64,000 nucleotides of DNA from Promethearchaeota archaeon (lineage in GTDB: Archaea > Asgardarchaeota > Lokiarchaeia > Sigyniarchaeales > SOKP01), in the NCBI GenBank assembly GCA_030603385.1, contig JAUVXW010000008.1:1-64000 (forward strand). The letters are read 5' to 3'. The position numbers and the translations under genes were made by a program. Positions 29,593 to 39,247 of the stretch are shown piece by piece. The notes beneath the pieces were generated by a model. The model saw only the letters and a program-made list of their open reading frames with translations. It did no database searches and had not been told where the DNA came from. Position 1 is the first letter of the stretch, and each line of letters begins with the position of its first letter.

Positions 29593-30267
29593 ATGAAAAG
29601 AAATAATAATAACGATAAGCAACCGGGTGAGTTTAAACTAACCCCAGAACAAATAGATACGTTAAAGGAACTAGGAAATATTGGTTCCGGACATGCAATT
29701 ACGGCCCTTTCAAAATTACTAAACAATGAAATAGAAGTTTCCCTAACATCTGCCGATATTATTCCTTTTTGGAAAGTTCCTGAATTGTTCGATACTCCTA
29801 ATGTTGAAGTATTTGGGATCTATTCTAAGATTCCATTCAATTCAGATTTATCAATAATTCAAATATTTACTAAAGAATCACTTGTTAATTTAATTAATCT
29901 CCTTAACACTAATGATAAGGTTTTCATTGAAAATATAAGAAATATCGAGGATCTAGATGATTTTTCTATTAGTATAATAACTGAAATTGGTAATATATTA
30001 ACTGGACATTATGCAAGTGCTTTGGCAGATATACTATCAACTCAACTAATTCCTAATGTTCCAATCGTAGCACTAGATACATTAAACGCGATGTTAAATG
30101 GTATCATTGCTAAATATTCTCAACTATCAGATTATTTAGTACTAATAAAAACTAAAATAGCACTACCAGAAATTAAACTGAATTGTATAATGTGTTTTAT
30201 TCCTTGTATGAATATACTAAAAAATCTATTTAAAATTTTAAATATAAAATATAATATGAATCTATAA
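29593..30267 (+). CDS. cheC: CheY-P phosphatase CheC
   Basis: DTLKELGNIGSGHAITALSKL and SIITEIGNILTGHY. Confidence 0.93.
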   Translation: MKRNNNNDKQPGEFKLTPEQIDTLKELGNIGSGHAITALSKLLNNEIEVSLTSADIIPFWKVPELFDTPNVEVFGIYSKIPFNSDLSIIQIFTKESLVNLINLLNTNDKVFIENIRNIEDLDDFSISIITEIGNILTGHYASALADILSTQLIPNVPIVALDTLNAMLNGIIAKYSQLSDYLVLIKTKIALPEIKLNCIMCFIPCMNILKNLFKILNIKYNMNL

Positions 30268-30273
30268 TAAGAA

Positions 30274-31233
30274 ATGTCAAGATTAACCATATTAGAAGAA
30301 TTGCTTTCCAATCTATTAAATGAGGCAAAAGACCTTTCCGCAGCTCTAGTTGTTGACTTAGATGGTTTGATTATTGCTAAAAAGTCAAATGGTGGGTTTG
30401 ATGAAGAATTGATTGGTGCTATTATGGGCATTCTTGAACAAACAATAAGTAGGATAAAAAAGTATACAGAAACATCATTTGGAAGTGGAACACTCAACAC
30501 TAATGAATTTCAATTATTTTATGTAGAATTAAGTAAAGTCACTCCCGCAATCTTTGTCATGGTTGGAGATCAATACTCAAACATTAATCAATTTATTCCT
30601 TATGCATATATAGTGACGGAAAAAATTTCATTAATTTTAAATAATCGAGAAACCCCTGTAAATCTCCCAAAATTAAGTAATACTGCAGAAATAATATTTA
30701 ATCCAGACCCTAATGTCCATTATGGCAATAATAATATAAATAAGATAGTTGTTGTTGGATCTGAGGCAGTTGGGAAAAGTACATTAGTTGAAATGTATAG
30801 GAAGGGAAAATTTGAAGAAATTTATAAACCAACTATTGGAATTTCTATTAAAGAGAAAAAATTACATATTTCCAAAGACTACAATTTATGCCTATATCTC
30901 CTTGACTTAGGAGGTCTAAAAAGTTTTGCTAAAATCCGCAAATTTTATTATAATTATTCAAATGCGGTTCTCATTTTGTTTGATTATGCTAAAATGGAAA
31001 CTTTCAATAAAATTTCTGATTGGATTGAAGAATCGCGCCATTTTATCAAAGATAAATCAATCCCAATTGTTCTCATAGGAAACAAAATCGATCTAGCCGA
31101 AAATCGTGAGGATTTTAAGATTCAAGCCCAAAATCTAGCAGACCAATATAATATTCCATTTTTTGAAACATCAGCATATACTGGAGAGGGAATTGATGAG
31201 TTGTTTACTTACTTAATATCATCCTTACTTTAA
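30274..31233 (+). CDS. Roadblock/LC7 - Rab-like small GTPase fusion
   Basis: N-terminal AALVVDLDGLIIA roadblock; G1 GSEAVGKST, G2 PTIG, G3 DLGGL, G4 NKID, G5 ETSA. Confidence 0.92.
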   Translation: MSRLTILEELLSNLLNEAKDLSAALVVDLDGLIIAKKSNGGFDEELIGAIMGILEQTISRIKKYTETSFGSGTLNTNEFQLFYVELSKVTPAIFVMVGDQYSNINQFIPYAYIVTEKISLILNNRETPVNLPKLSNTAEIIFNPDPNVHYGNNNINKIVVVGSEAVGKSTLVEMYRKGKFEEIYKPTIGISIKEKKLHISKDYNLCLYLLDLGGLKSFAKIRKFYYNYSNAVLILFDYAKMETFNKISDWIEESRHFIKDKSIPIVLIGNKIDLAENREDFKIQAQNLADQYNIPFFETSAYTGEGIDELFTYLISSLL

Positions 31234-31294
31234 CATTTAAATAAGTATAAATTACAGTGCACTACTATTTATTAAACTTTTAAGGGAGATTTAG

Positions 31295-32659
31295 TTGTCA
31301 ATCGATGTTATAATTGCTGATGATTCTGCGTATTTGAGAAAAAATATTGCTGAGATTCTTAAAGGCAGCGAATTGGTAAATATAATAGAGTTTGCTAAAG
31401 ATGGAGAAGAAGCCATTAAGTTTGTCAAGAAATACAGCCCAGATGTTTTAGTGTTAGATTTATTAATGCCTAAAATGAATGGATTAGATGCTTTCAAAGT
31501 GATCATGGAAGAATGTCCAACCCCAACAGTTATTCTCTCAGCTATTAGTCCCAAAAACCTTGATTCATCTATTCAAGCACTTTTAATGGGGGCATTTGAT
31601 TATATTATAAAACCGGGAGGCATAGGTGCTAAAGATCTACCACGATTCCGTGAAGAATTACTAGCTAAAGTGCTTATAGCTTCTCAATCACAAATAAAAA
31701 AAATTTTTAAAAAGGAAGATGGAGACTACGGAAAGGGTAAATCACTTCGACAAGAAATAATTGATCAAATCTTTGATTTTGGTCAATACCTAAATACACT
31801 AATACCCATTCAAGAAGCTAAGGAAAACCAAGAAGTAATAGACATTGGTAAAACAAAAGAAGTGCAGAAAGAGGCAACAGGTAAATCAGAAATAAAGCAA
31901 ATTGAAAAGATAAATGAACTGAGCATAAAGAAATCCATTAAGCATAAAGAATCAGCAAAACTATCTAAAATAAATGTTGCTAAACCTACTTTAAAAACTT
32001 TATTACAAAAATCTCTACCAAGTTTACAAAAAAGAAAAGAACCAGTTTACACTCCTAACCTTACTCCTATTAAAGGAGTTTCTATCTCATCAAATATAAT
32101 TGTTATTGGTGCTAGCGTTGGTGGGCCTCGAACTATAACTACTATATTAAAAGAAATACCTAGAAATTTCCCTGCTCCAATTTTAATCGTTCAACATTTA
32201 TCAGCACACTTTATGGAAGCTTTTGCTGATAATTTAGATTTGGAATGTAAATTAAAAATTAAGGTTGCGACTAATGGAGAGTATCTTAAACCTGGAGTAG
32301 TCTATATTGCTCCCGGAGAAAAACATATGGAAATTTCTGTAGATGATAAAAGACCTTGCATAAAAATATATAAGGGTACACCAGTTAAATTTTGTATGCC
32401 TTCCATAGATATCTTATTCTTTTCAGCAACAAGAGTTTACAAGGATCGAACCATGGGGGTATTATTAACCGGTATGGGCTCTGATGGTGTTGAAGGTTTA
32501 GGCTCTATTAAAAAAGTAGGTGGAAAAACAATCACAGAATCGATGGAGACATGTATTTTATTTGCTATGCCAAAATTCGCCGCAGAAAAGGGTTATGCTG
32601 ATCAAATTCTGCCAAATTACTCCATCTACCCGGAGATTATTAAATTCTGCAGAAAATGA
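31295..32659 (+). CDS. cheB: Second CheB methylesterase with long linker
   Basis: REC (ADDS, DLLMP, KP); GASVGGP, VQHL, LTGMGSDG. Confidence 0.93.
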   Translation: MSIDVIIADDSAYLRKNIAEILKGSELVNIIEFAKDGEEAIKFVKKYSPDVLVLDLLMPKMNGLDAFKVIMEECPTPTVILSAISPKNLDSSIQALLMGAFDYIIKPGGIGAKDLPRFREELLAKVLIASQSQIKKIFKKEDGDYGKGKSLRQEIIDQIFDFGQYLNTLIPIQEAKENQEVIDIGKTKEVQKEATGKSEIKQIEKINELSIKKSIKHKESAKLSKINVAKPTLKTLLQKSLPSLQKRKEPVYTPNLTPIKGVSISSNIIVIGASVGGPRTITTILKEIPRNFPAPILIVQHLSAHFMEAFADNLDLECKLKIKVATNGEYLKPGVVYIAPGEKHMEISVDDKRPCIKIYKGTPVKFCMPSIDILFFSATRVYKDRTMGVLLTGMGSDGVEGLGSIKKVGGKTITESMETCILFAMPKFAAEKGYADQILPNYSIYPEIIKFCRK

Positions 32660-32664
32660 ATCTT

Positions 32665-34854
32665 TTACCAAGATAAACCTTTTAAAAACTTTATATCTTG
32701 AATAATCTTTTGAGATTCTTGTTTTGGAACCTCCATGAATGCATAGAATTCATTCTGCCAAAAAGCTTTTCCAGAAGTCGAGCTTCGTATATCTTCAGCA
32801 AATTTTATAGAATTTCGGACTGATAAAAGTATTTCAATAATCGCTTGGTATTCTTTTTCTTGATCAATACTCTTAATTTTCGCAGAATATTTTGAAAGTA
32901 GTGAGATGGTGTTTTTAATGTGATCAGGAGGAAGTTGTATGATAGTATGGTAAATAGGCTCCAAAAGAATTAATTCTGCCTCCGTTAATCCTTTTTTTAT
33001 TGCATCATAGAACATAGTAGATAATTCAGTGAATGCACTTTCTTGTTGAGTAGTATCTATAATTAATTCCTCAATTTTAATTTTAAGCTCTGTGAGTTTT
33101 TCTCCACATAACGGTCCATTTAAGTGGATTTTTTCAATAATTTCAATTATTGCATTTTTATATAAATCATCTAATTCATTACTTGCGTTGTAAATTGTTA
33201 TATTTTGATCTTCATCACATATCCAAAAATTTTCAACTTCTTCGTCGTTTAACCCAGTATTTTCCTTTAAAACTTCTTTTAATTTGTTGAAAGGTTTTAT
33301 TGTTTTGTAATCAATATTTTGGAAAAATCTAACAGTTTTATTATCTAATCTTTCAACATTTAGTTTTAATTTGTTTTTACCATCCGTAGATACTACTTCT
33401 ATTGAAGAAGAATTATATCGGCAAGACTCTTTAAAAACTGCTCGTGGTTCTGAAGTAGAAACATTTACTCCCCTCTTTCCTAATTCATGAGCTGTGACTT
33501 CAAGATGAAGAGGGCCCACTCCAGATAATAAGAATTCTCCAGTTTCCTCATTAATTTCAAATTTCAGATTTGGATCTTCAATTAACATATTCTCAATTAA
33601 TTCTTTCAATTTATCTAAATCTCTTAGATATTCTGGTTCAATTGAAACTGTAACGACTGGAGTAGTAACATATTTCACGCTTTCAAATGGCACCATATCA
33701 TCAATGCTGTAGCTATCTATTATGGTTTCACCACTTTTGATCTTTTTGAGTCCTTCTATAGCTACTATATTCCCAACAGGTATTCTTTCCACTTGTTCCC
33801 TTCTTTGTCCCATGAAGATGGCAATTCGTTGAATTCTATCATAACTTTTTTCATTTAGCAGAAAGATTTCATCTTTATTCTTACAACTACCAGAAAAGAT
33901 TCTCCCTGTTGAGACTAATCCATGTTTATCAACTTGTACTTTACTTAAACATACTATTAAGGGGCCATTTGGGTCACAATTAACCAAAGTTTTTCCTAAT
34001 TCAGAATTAATATTCCCGTCCCAAATTTTATTAATTCTGTATTTTTGCGCTTCTATTGGATTTGGTAAATGATTAACAACCATTTCCAATATTGCCTTGT
34101 GAATTGGATAATAGACTGCTAAATCTGCATAACTTTCTTTAGTGTAAGTCTCTTTATTATATCTGGCTCTAATATCTTTAAACTTTAAAATGCCTCCTTC
34201 ATAAATCTTTAGTGTGAATGCCCATTTGTGAAGAGCTGAGCCAAAAACAACATTTCCGGCTAGGGGTGATACTTTCCATTTCTTATTGAAAGGAGGATCC
34301 GCATATCTTTCAATTAAAGTATTAAAGGATTTTATTATTCTGGTATATTTTTTTTTAATTTTTTCATCAGAGAGCTTTAGTTCTCTTATGAGACGATCGA
34401 CTTTATTGATAAAAAGAACAGGTTTAACACCTTCTTGTAAAGCTTGTTTAATCACAGTTTCAGATTGTGTGATTACTTCCTCAACAGCATCCACTACTAC
34501 TACAACTCCATCAACTAACCTTAACGCACGAGTTACTTTTCCACTAAAATCCAAATGACCTGGTGTATCAACTAAATTTATAAGAAAAGGTTCATGACCT
34601 TCAAGGGATTTCTCGTAATATAGTGAAATATTAGCAGATTTCATTGTTATTCCGCGTTGCTGTTCTTCTTCAAGATAATCTAAAGCACGTGCTTCACCTG
34701 CCAGATCTGGTGATAAAAAACCTGCTTCACTTAGTAAAGAATCTGAAAGCGTAGTCTTTCCATGATCTATATGACCCGCTAAAGCAGTATTGCGAATATT
34801 CTTAGTTAATTCCATTAAATTAAGTATTTCAGTGATTTCCTTTCTACGAGGCAT
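32665..34854 (-). CDS. Elongation factor 2 paralog (aEF-2p type)
   Basis: GHIDHGKTT, RGIT, DTPGH, NKVD, GPLCGE, LLEPIY; the diphthamide HRG motif of domain IV is absent. Confidence 0.9.
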   Translation of the reverse strand: MPRRKEITEILNLMELTKNIRNTALAGHIDHGKTTLSDSLLSEAGFLSPDLAGEARALDYLEEEQQRGITMKSANISLYYEKSLEGHEPFLINLVDTPGHLDFSGKVTRALRLVDGVVVVVDAVEEVITQSETVIKQALQEGVKPVLFINKVDRLIRELKLSDEKIKKKYTRIIKSFNTLIERYADPPFNKKWKVSPLAGNVVFGSALHKWAFTLKIYEGGILKFKDIRARYNKETYTKESYADLAVYYPIHKAILEMVVNHLPNPIEAQKYRINKIWDGNINSELGKTLVNCDPNGPLIVCLSKVQVDKHGLVSTGRIFSGSCKNKDEIFLLNEKSYDRIQRIAIFMGQRREQVERIPVGNIVAIEGLKKIKSGETIIDSYSIDDMVPFESVKYVTTPVVTVSIEPEYLRDLDKLKELIENMLIEDPNLKFEINEETGEFLLSGVGPLHLEVTAHELGKRGVNVSTSEPRAVFKESCRYNSSSIEVVSTDGKNKLKLNVERLDNKTVRFFQNIDYKTIKPFNKLKEVLKENTGLNDEEVENFWICDEDQNITIYNASNELDDLYKNAIIEIIEKIHLNGPLCGEKLTELKIKIEELIIDTTQQESAFTELSTMFYDAIKKGLTEAELILLEPIYHTIIQLPPDHIKNTISLLSKYSAKIKSIDQEKEYQAIIEILLSVRNSIKFAEDIRSSTSGKAFWQNEFYAFMEVPKQESQKIIQDIKFLKGLSW

Positions 34855-34951
34855 ACTCAAATGTAAAAGTATCTAAATATTTATTTAGGATTATAATTAA
34901 TTTGATTAAAACTTTAGTGTTTACTTACTTTTAAGTTTAACAAATAAAAGG

Positions 34952-35053
34952 AGGGAAATGATTTCTCGCTACTCAAGATCTTCGTCATTTTGAAAACAGT
35001 TTAAAAACTATTTTAATCCGTTGGGTCAGAAAGCGCATTAAAATCATTTCCCT
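34952..35053 (-). ncRNA. Candidate structured sRNA with K-turn (C/D-type) motif
   Basis: Perfect 13-bp terminal inverted repeat AGGGAAATGATTT/AAATCATTTCCCT; on the minus strand CTGA and ATGACGA flank an internal hairpin. Confidence 0.45.
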
Positions 35054-35070
35054 TATTTTTAAAGTAAACT

Positions 35071-35703
35071 TTATAATTTGACTTCTCCATCAATTTTTAC
35101 CATCCTTCCTTCAACATGCAAACGTCCATCACAGAAAAGTTCTATCGCTTTTGGAAAGATCTTATGCTCCCACTCAAGGATTCTGGGGCCTAATGTTTCC
35201 TTAGTGTCAGTATCATACACAGGAACACATTTTTGAATAATAATCGGTCCATGATCCGTCATAGGATCAACATAATGAACAGTAGCTCCTGATACTTTAA
35301 CTCCATATGCCAAAGCATCTTCATGTGCATGCATCCCTTTAAAGGAAGGCAAGAGAGCAGGATGGATATTCATGATATTTCCTTTAAAATGTTCAATAAA
35401 CATTTGTGAAACAAATCGCATATATCCCACTAAAATTATAAGCTTACATTTATATTTATCGAAAATATCAATCATCTTTTGGTCAAATTCTTCTCTGGTT
35501 CCCTTATGTTTATCTGATTCTATTAAAACGTATGGGATATTGTGATTTTTAGCGCGTTCCATACAATATGCTCCCGTTTTATTACAAATTAAAACCTCTA
35601 TTATTGCTTTCTCTTTTAAAATTCCTGTTTCACAAGCTTTAGCTATTGATTCGAAGTTACTACCCGACCCACTGGCAATAGCTCCAATTTTTACCTTTCC
35701 CAT
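35071..35703 (-). CDS. purN: Phosphoribosylglycinamide formyltransferase
   Basis: ASGSGSNF, LVGYMR, NIHPALLPSFKG, SGATVHYV, DHGPII. Confidence 0.96.
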   Translation of the reverse strand: MGKVKIGAIASGSGSNFESIAKACETGILKEKAIIEVLICNKTGAYCMERAKNHNIPYVLIESDKHKGTREEFDQKMIDIFDKYKCKLIILVGYMRFVSQMFIEHFKGNIMNIHPALLPSFKGMHAHEDALAYGVKVSGATVHYVDPMTDHGPIIIQKCVPVYDTDTKETLGPRILEWEHKIFPKAIELFCDGRLHVEGRMVKIDGEVKL

Positions 35704-36110
35704 AATTTACTCCAATTAATGCTTTCAAAAAAAATTAACTAATAATGAGAAGATTACCTATTAGGAAATAACTGTATAAATTGTAGTTATTTAATTAATT
35801 GTCTTTTTCATAATCATAAAATTTTTATTTGATTATTTCATATCTATCTTAGAAATTTAGAAATATTTCATTCTAAAAATTATTCTCTTCTTTAATTGAG
35901 TTATATCGTGAGAGAAAGATATTCTATTTATTCAAAATAGCGTTTATAAAAAATTAGAACATATAAATAAATAAAATTTCGAGTGTTATTAATAGGTATA
36001 TTAATATACTGAGATAGTTGCTTAAAAGCAAATTATAAGAGAAAGAAATCAAATTCTAAATTTACTAATTTAGTAGAAATAAAAAATTAATTAAAAAAGA
36101 ATGAAGAATT

Positions 36111-38021
36111 ATGAGTTTCGAAGGAGAACTGATACGAATTAAAGATGAGATTGTTAAAATCCTTCCACCCGAAATAAAGGTTCATAAGATCGAATTTGAG
36201 GGTCCGGAAATTGCTGTTTATTCTGAGAATTCTGATGTAGATGCTGTCGAAAACTCTACAATATTAAAGGATTTAGCTAAAACTATGAGAAAACGTGTTG
36301 TATTTCGTTGGAATGTAGAAAAACGTAAAGATCCCGTTGAAACTAAAGAATACATAACAAATTTAATCAATGAAGACGCAGAAATTACTAATATTGAATT
36401 TGATCACACACGCGGCGAGGTAATCATTGAATCAGTAAAACCTGGACTTGTAATTGGTAAAAAAGGAGTTAACTTAAAGGACATAAGATCAAATACATTT
36501 TGGCAACCTAGAACTATTAGAACTCCTCCACTTGCATCTAGAACTATTCAATTAATTAGGGGTATGCTTAAAAAAGAGAGACAAACTCAAAAAGATATAT
36601 TATTAAAAATTGGAAAAAGAATTCATAGACCACCTCTATTCAAAGATTTAAACATAAGATTAACCGCATTAGGAGGTTTTCGTGAAGTAGGAAGGTCTTG
36701 TATATTAATGCAGACCCGAGATAGTAGTGTATTATTAGATGTAGGCTTAAATGTAGGGAGTCCTAATGATAAATTTCCATTTTTTGATGTCCCTGAATTT
36801 TCTTTAAGAGATCTTGATGCTGTTATCATTACACATGCACATTTAGATCATTGTGGACTAGTTCCATTTCTTTATAAATATGGGTATCGTGGTCCAGTTT
36901 ATTGTACGTTACCTACACGTAATTTATCTACAATGTTACAACTAGATTTTATTCAAATATGTGAAAAGGAAGGATCACCGTTACCGTATTCTAAAAGAGA
37001 TGTTAAACAAACAGTTCTTCATACAATTCCACTTTCTTGGGGAAAGGTAACTGATATTGCTCCTGATATTAAATTAACACTTCATAATTCAGGTCATATT
37101 TTAGGATCTTCAATGGTTCATTTGCATTTTGGTAAAGGAGATTATAATTTTGTCTATACAGGTGATTTTAAATTTCAAAAAACTCGATTATTAGAAAAAG
37201 CAGCCGTTAAGTTTCCTAGAGTTGAAAGTTTATTAATAGAATCAACATATGGCGGACCTCAAGATCGTATTCCAAGTAGACAAGAATCTGAGAGAGAACT
37301 TAAACAGATTTTAAATTCTACTATTAAAAGAGGTGGAAAAGTTTTAGTTCCAGTTCTCGCCGTAGGACGTGCTCAAGAACTGCTAATAGTCCTTGAGGAA
37401 TACATCTCAAAGGGTTTTATTGATCAAGTGCCCATTTTTATCGATGGTTTAATTAGTGAAGCTACAGCAATACATACAGCTAATCCGGACTTTCTTAGTA
37501 GTGATTTAAGGGAGAAAATTTTGCATCAAGGGAAAAATCCTTTTTTGAGCGACTATTTCGAGACTGTTTCCGCTCAAGAAGAAAGACGGGATATTATAAA
37601 AGGTGGACCTTGTATCATTTTGGCCACAAGTGGAATGCTTATAGGTGGTCCATCTGTACAATATTTAAGAGAATTGGCAAATGACCCTAAGAATTCGCTT
37701 ATTTTCGTTTCTTATCAAGTTAATGGAACTTTAGGCTCAAGGATACAAAAGGGATTTCGTGAGTTTACTTATGTAAATGCGAAAGGTCGTACCCAACTTG
37801 TAAAAATAAACCTAAAAGCTTTTACCCTTGAAGGGTTTTCAGGACATTCCTCACGTAGTCAAATTTCTCAGTTTTTAAGACGAATTCAACCAAGACCTAA
37901 ATCTATAATAGTAAATCATGGAGAAGCTTCTAAATGTGTAAGCTTGTCAACGATGATACATAAAAAACTAAGGAAACAAACAAGAAGTCCACTGAATTTG
38001 GAAACAATTTTACTGAAATGA
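36111..38021 (+). CDS. fttA: aCPSF1 / FttA beta-CASP ribonuclease with KH domains
   Basis: EFEGPEI, KPGLVIGK KH, LGGFREVGRS, THAHLDH, GHILGS, ESTYG, AVGRAQE, GFSGHS, NHGE. Confidence 0.96.
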   Translation: MSFEGELIRIKDEIVKILPPEIKVHKIEFEGPEIAVYSENSDVDAVENSTILKDLAKTMRKRVVFRWNVEKRKDPVETKEYITNLINEDAEITNIEFDHTRGEVIIESVKPGLVIGKKGVNLKDIRSNTFWQPRTIRTPPLASRTIQLIRGMLKKERQTQKDILLKIGKRIHRPPLFKDLNIRLTALGGFREVGRSCILMQTRDSSVLLDVGLNVGSPNDKFPFFDVPEFSLRDLDAVIITHAHLDHCGLVPFLYKYGYRGPVYCTLPTRNLSTMLQLDFIQICEKEGSPLPYSKRDVKQTVLHTIPLSWGKVTDIAPDIKLTLHNSGHILGSSMVHLHFGKGDYNFVYTGDFKFQKTRLLEKAAVKFPRVESLLIESTYGGPQDRIPSRQESERELKQILNSTIKRGGKVLVPVLAVGRAQELLIVLEEYISKGFIDQVPIFIDGLISEATAIHTANPDFLSSDLREKILHQGKNPFLSDYFETVSAQEERRDIIKGGPCIILATSGMLIGGPSVQYLRELANDPKNSLIFVSYQVNGTLGSRIQKGFREFTYVNAKGRTQLVKINLKAFTLEGFSGHSSRSQISQFLRRIQPRPKSIIVNHGEASKCVSLSTMIHKKLRKQTRSPLNLETILLK

Positions 38022-38191
38022 ACAAATCTTTTATAAACATAGTTTTTAATTAGCGGATTAGAAGAAATCTAAGATTTGCAATGAATTAGCTTAAATAGCT
38101 CTTTTTCTCCTTTTAACATTTCTTAAAAGAAGAATTAATTTTTTTAAACAGTATTAATTAACTTCTTTAAATAAATGTTTAGTGGTAATTT

Positions 38192-39139
38192 TTGAATATT
38201 AAAAGCTTTCTATTAAAAATAAAAAATCATCGAACGACTATATCTAGACATATCGTTCAGATTGTTGCTTTCATCATAATTAATTATATTCTCTTAGAAG
38301 TAATTTTTTCGATAAATCTATTAAGTTTAGATAGGCTCGTAAAAATTCTTCCTATTATCAATTCCCCAAGAAATCCAATTTCAAGTGGAGCTGGAATTAT
38401 GGAGTATATTTTTTATTTTATTGTGGAAGGAATTTTTCCAATATTTTTAATTGCGGTATTAGTAATTATTCTATTACTTACTAATCGAGTTTTTTGTGGA
38501 TGGATTTGTCCTATCGGTACAATTCAAGATGCATGTGCAGCTATTCCAGTACCTAAAAAGAGGGTAAAAATCAGTACTCATAAATCATTGTTAAAAATTA
38601 AGTATGTGTTTGTAATTTTAATTACAATTATAGTTTTTCCTCTTGCAATTACAGCGACGACTAATTATGAATTTTATTTAGATTATAGAGCAAATATAGG
38701 GGAGTTTGGAGATAAACCTATGGGTTTTTTTTCCTTATCAGAATATATTTTTGTATTCTTTCCGAATATGATTATAGATATGATTCAGACAGGGAGTATA
38801 CAACCATTATTCTCTAATATGTTGACATTTATTACATTTTTCTTTTATTTTATAATAATCGTCTTATCAGTATGGTATCCACGAGTATATTGCAGATACT
38901 TTTGCCCTTTTGCCGCGATTGCCTCAGCAGTCTCAGAATATTCCTTTTTAAAATTAACAAGAAATCCTGTGAGATGTGTAGGAAGGTCTGAGTGTGGAAT
39001 ATGTGAAAAGGTATGTCCAAAACAAATTAGAATGTTGGATGAACCTTTTGAGTTTTTTACTGGTAAAGGAGAGTGCAATTTTTGCTTGAAATGTAAAGAA
39101 TCATGCCCCTATGATGCTATTGATATGAAATTTGGGTAA
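38192..39139 (+). CDS. NapH/YccM-family membrane 4Fe-4S binding protein
   Basis: RVFCGWICPIG and RVYCRYFCPF motifs, TM helices, two C-terminal ferredoxin Cys clusters. Confidence 0.88.
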   Translation: MNIKSFLLKIKNHRTTISRHIVQIVAFIIINYILLEVIFSINLLSLDRLVKILPIINSPRNPISSGAGIMEYIFYFIVEGIFPIFLIAVLVIILLLTNRVFCGWICPIGTIQDACAAIPVPKKRVKISTHKSLLKIKYVFVILITIIVFPLAITATTNYEFYLDYRANIGEFGDKPMGFFSLSEYIFVFFPNMIIDMIQTGSIQPLFSNMLTFITFFFYFIIIVLSVWYPRVYCRYFCPFAAIASAVSEYSFLKLTRNPVRCVGRSECGICEKVCPKQIRMLDEPFEFFTGKGECNFCLKCKESCPYDAIDMKFG

Positions 39140-39247
39140 AATCTAATATAAAGATTCTCACAAGTGAAATTTTTAGATAAGATAAACCTTTATTTTGATC
39201 GTACTAATCTTATATTAAAAACAATCTTATAAGGGTTAAATTAAGCA

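Noticed and set aside
17220-32659. MCP, CheF or archaellum genes
   Set aside because: No ORF shows an MCP hairpin signature, archaellin signal peptide or ArlI/J motifs
34952-35053. SECIS element interpretation
   Set aside because: Upstream purN has no in-frame TGA, and AUGA/GA quartet geometry is not convincing
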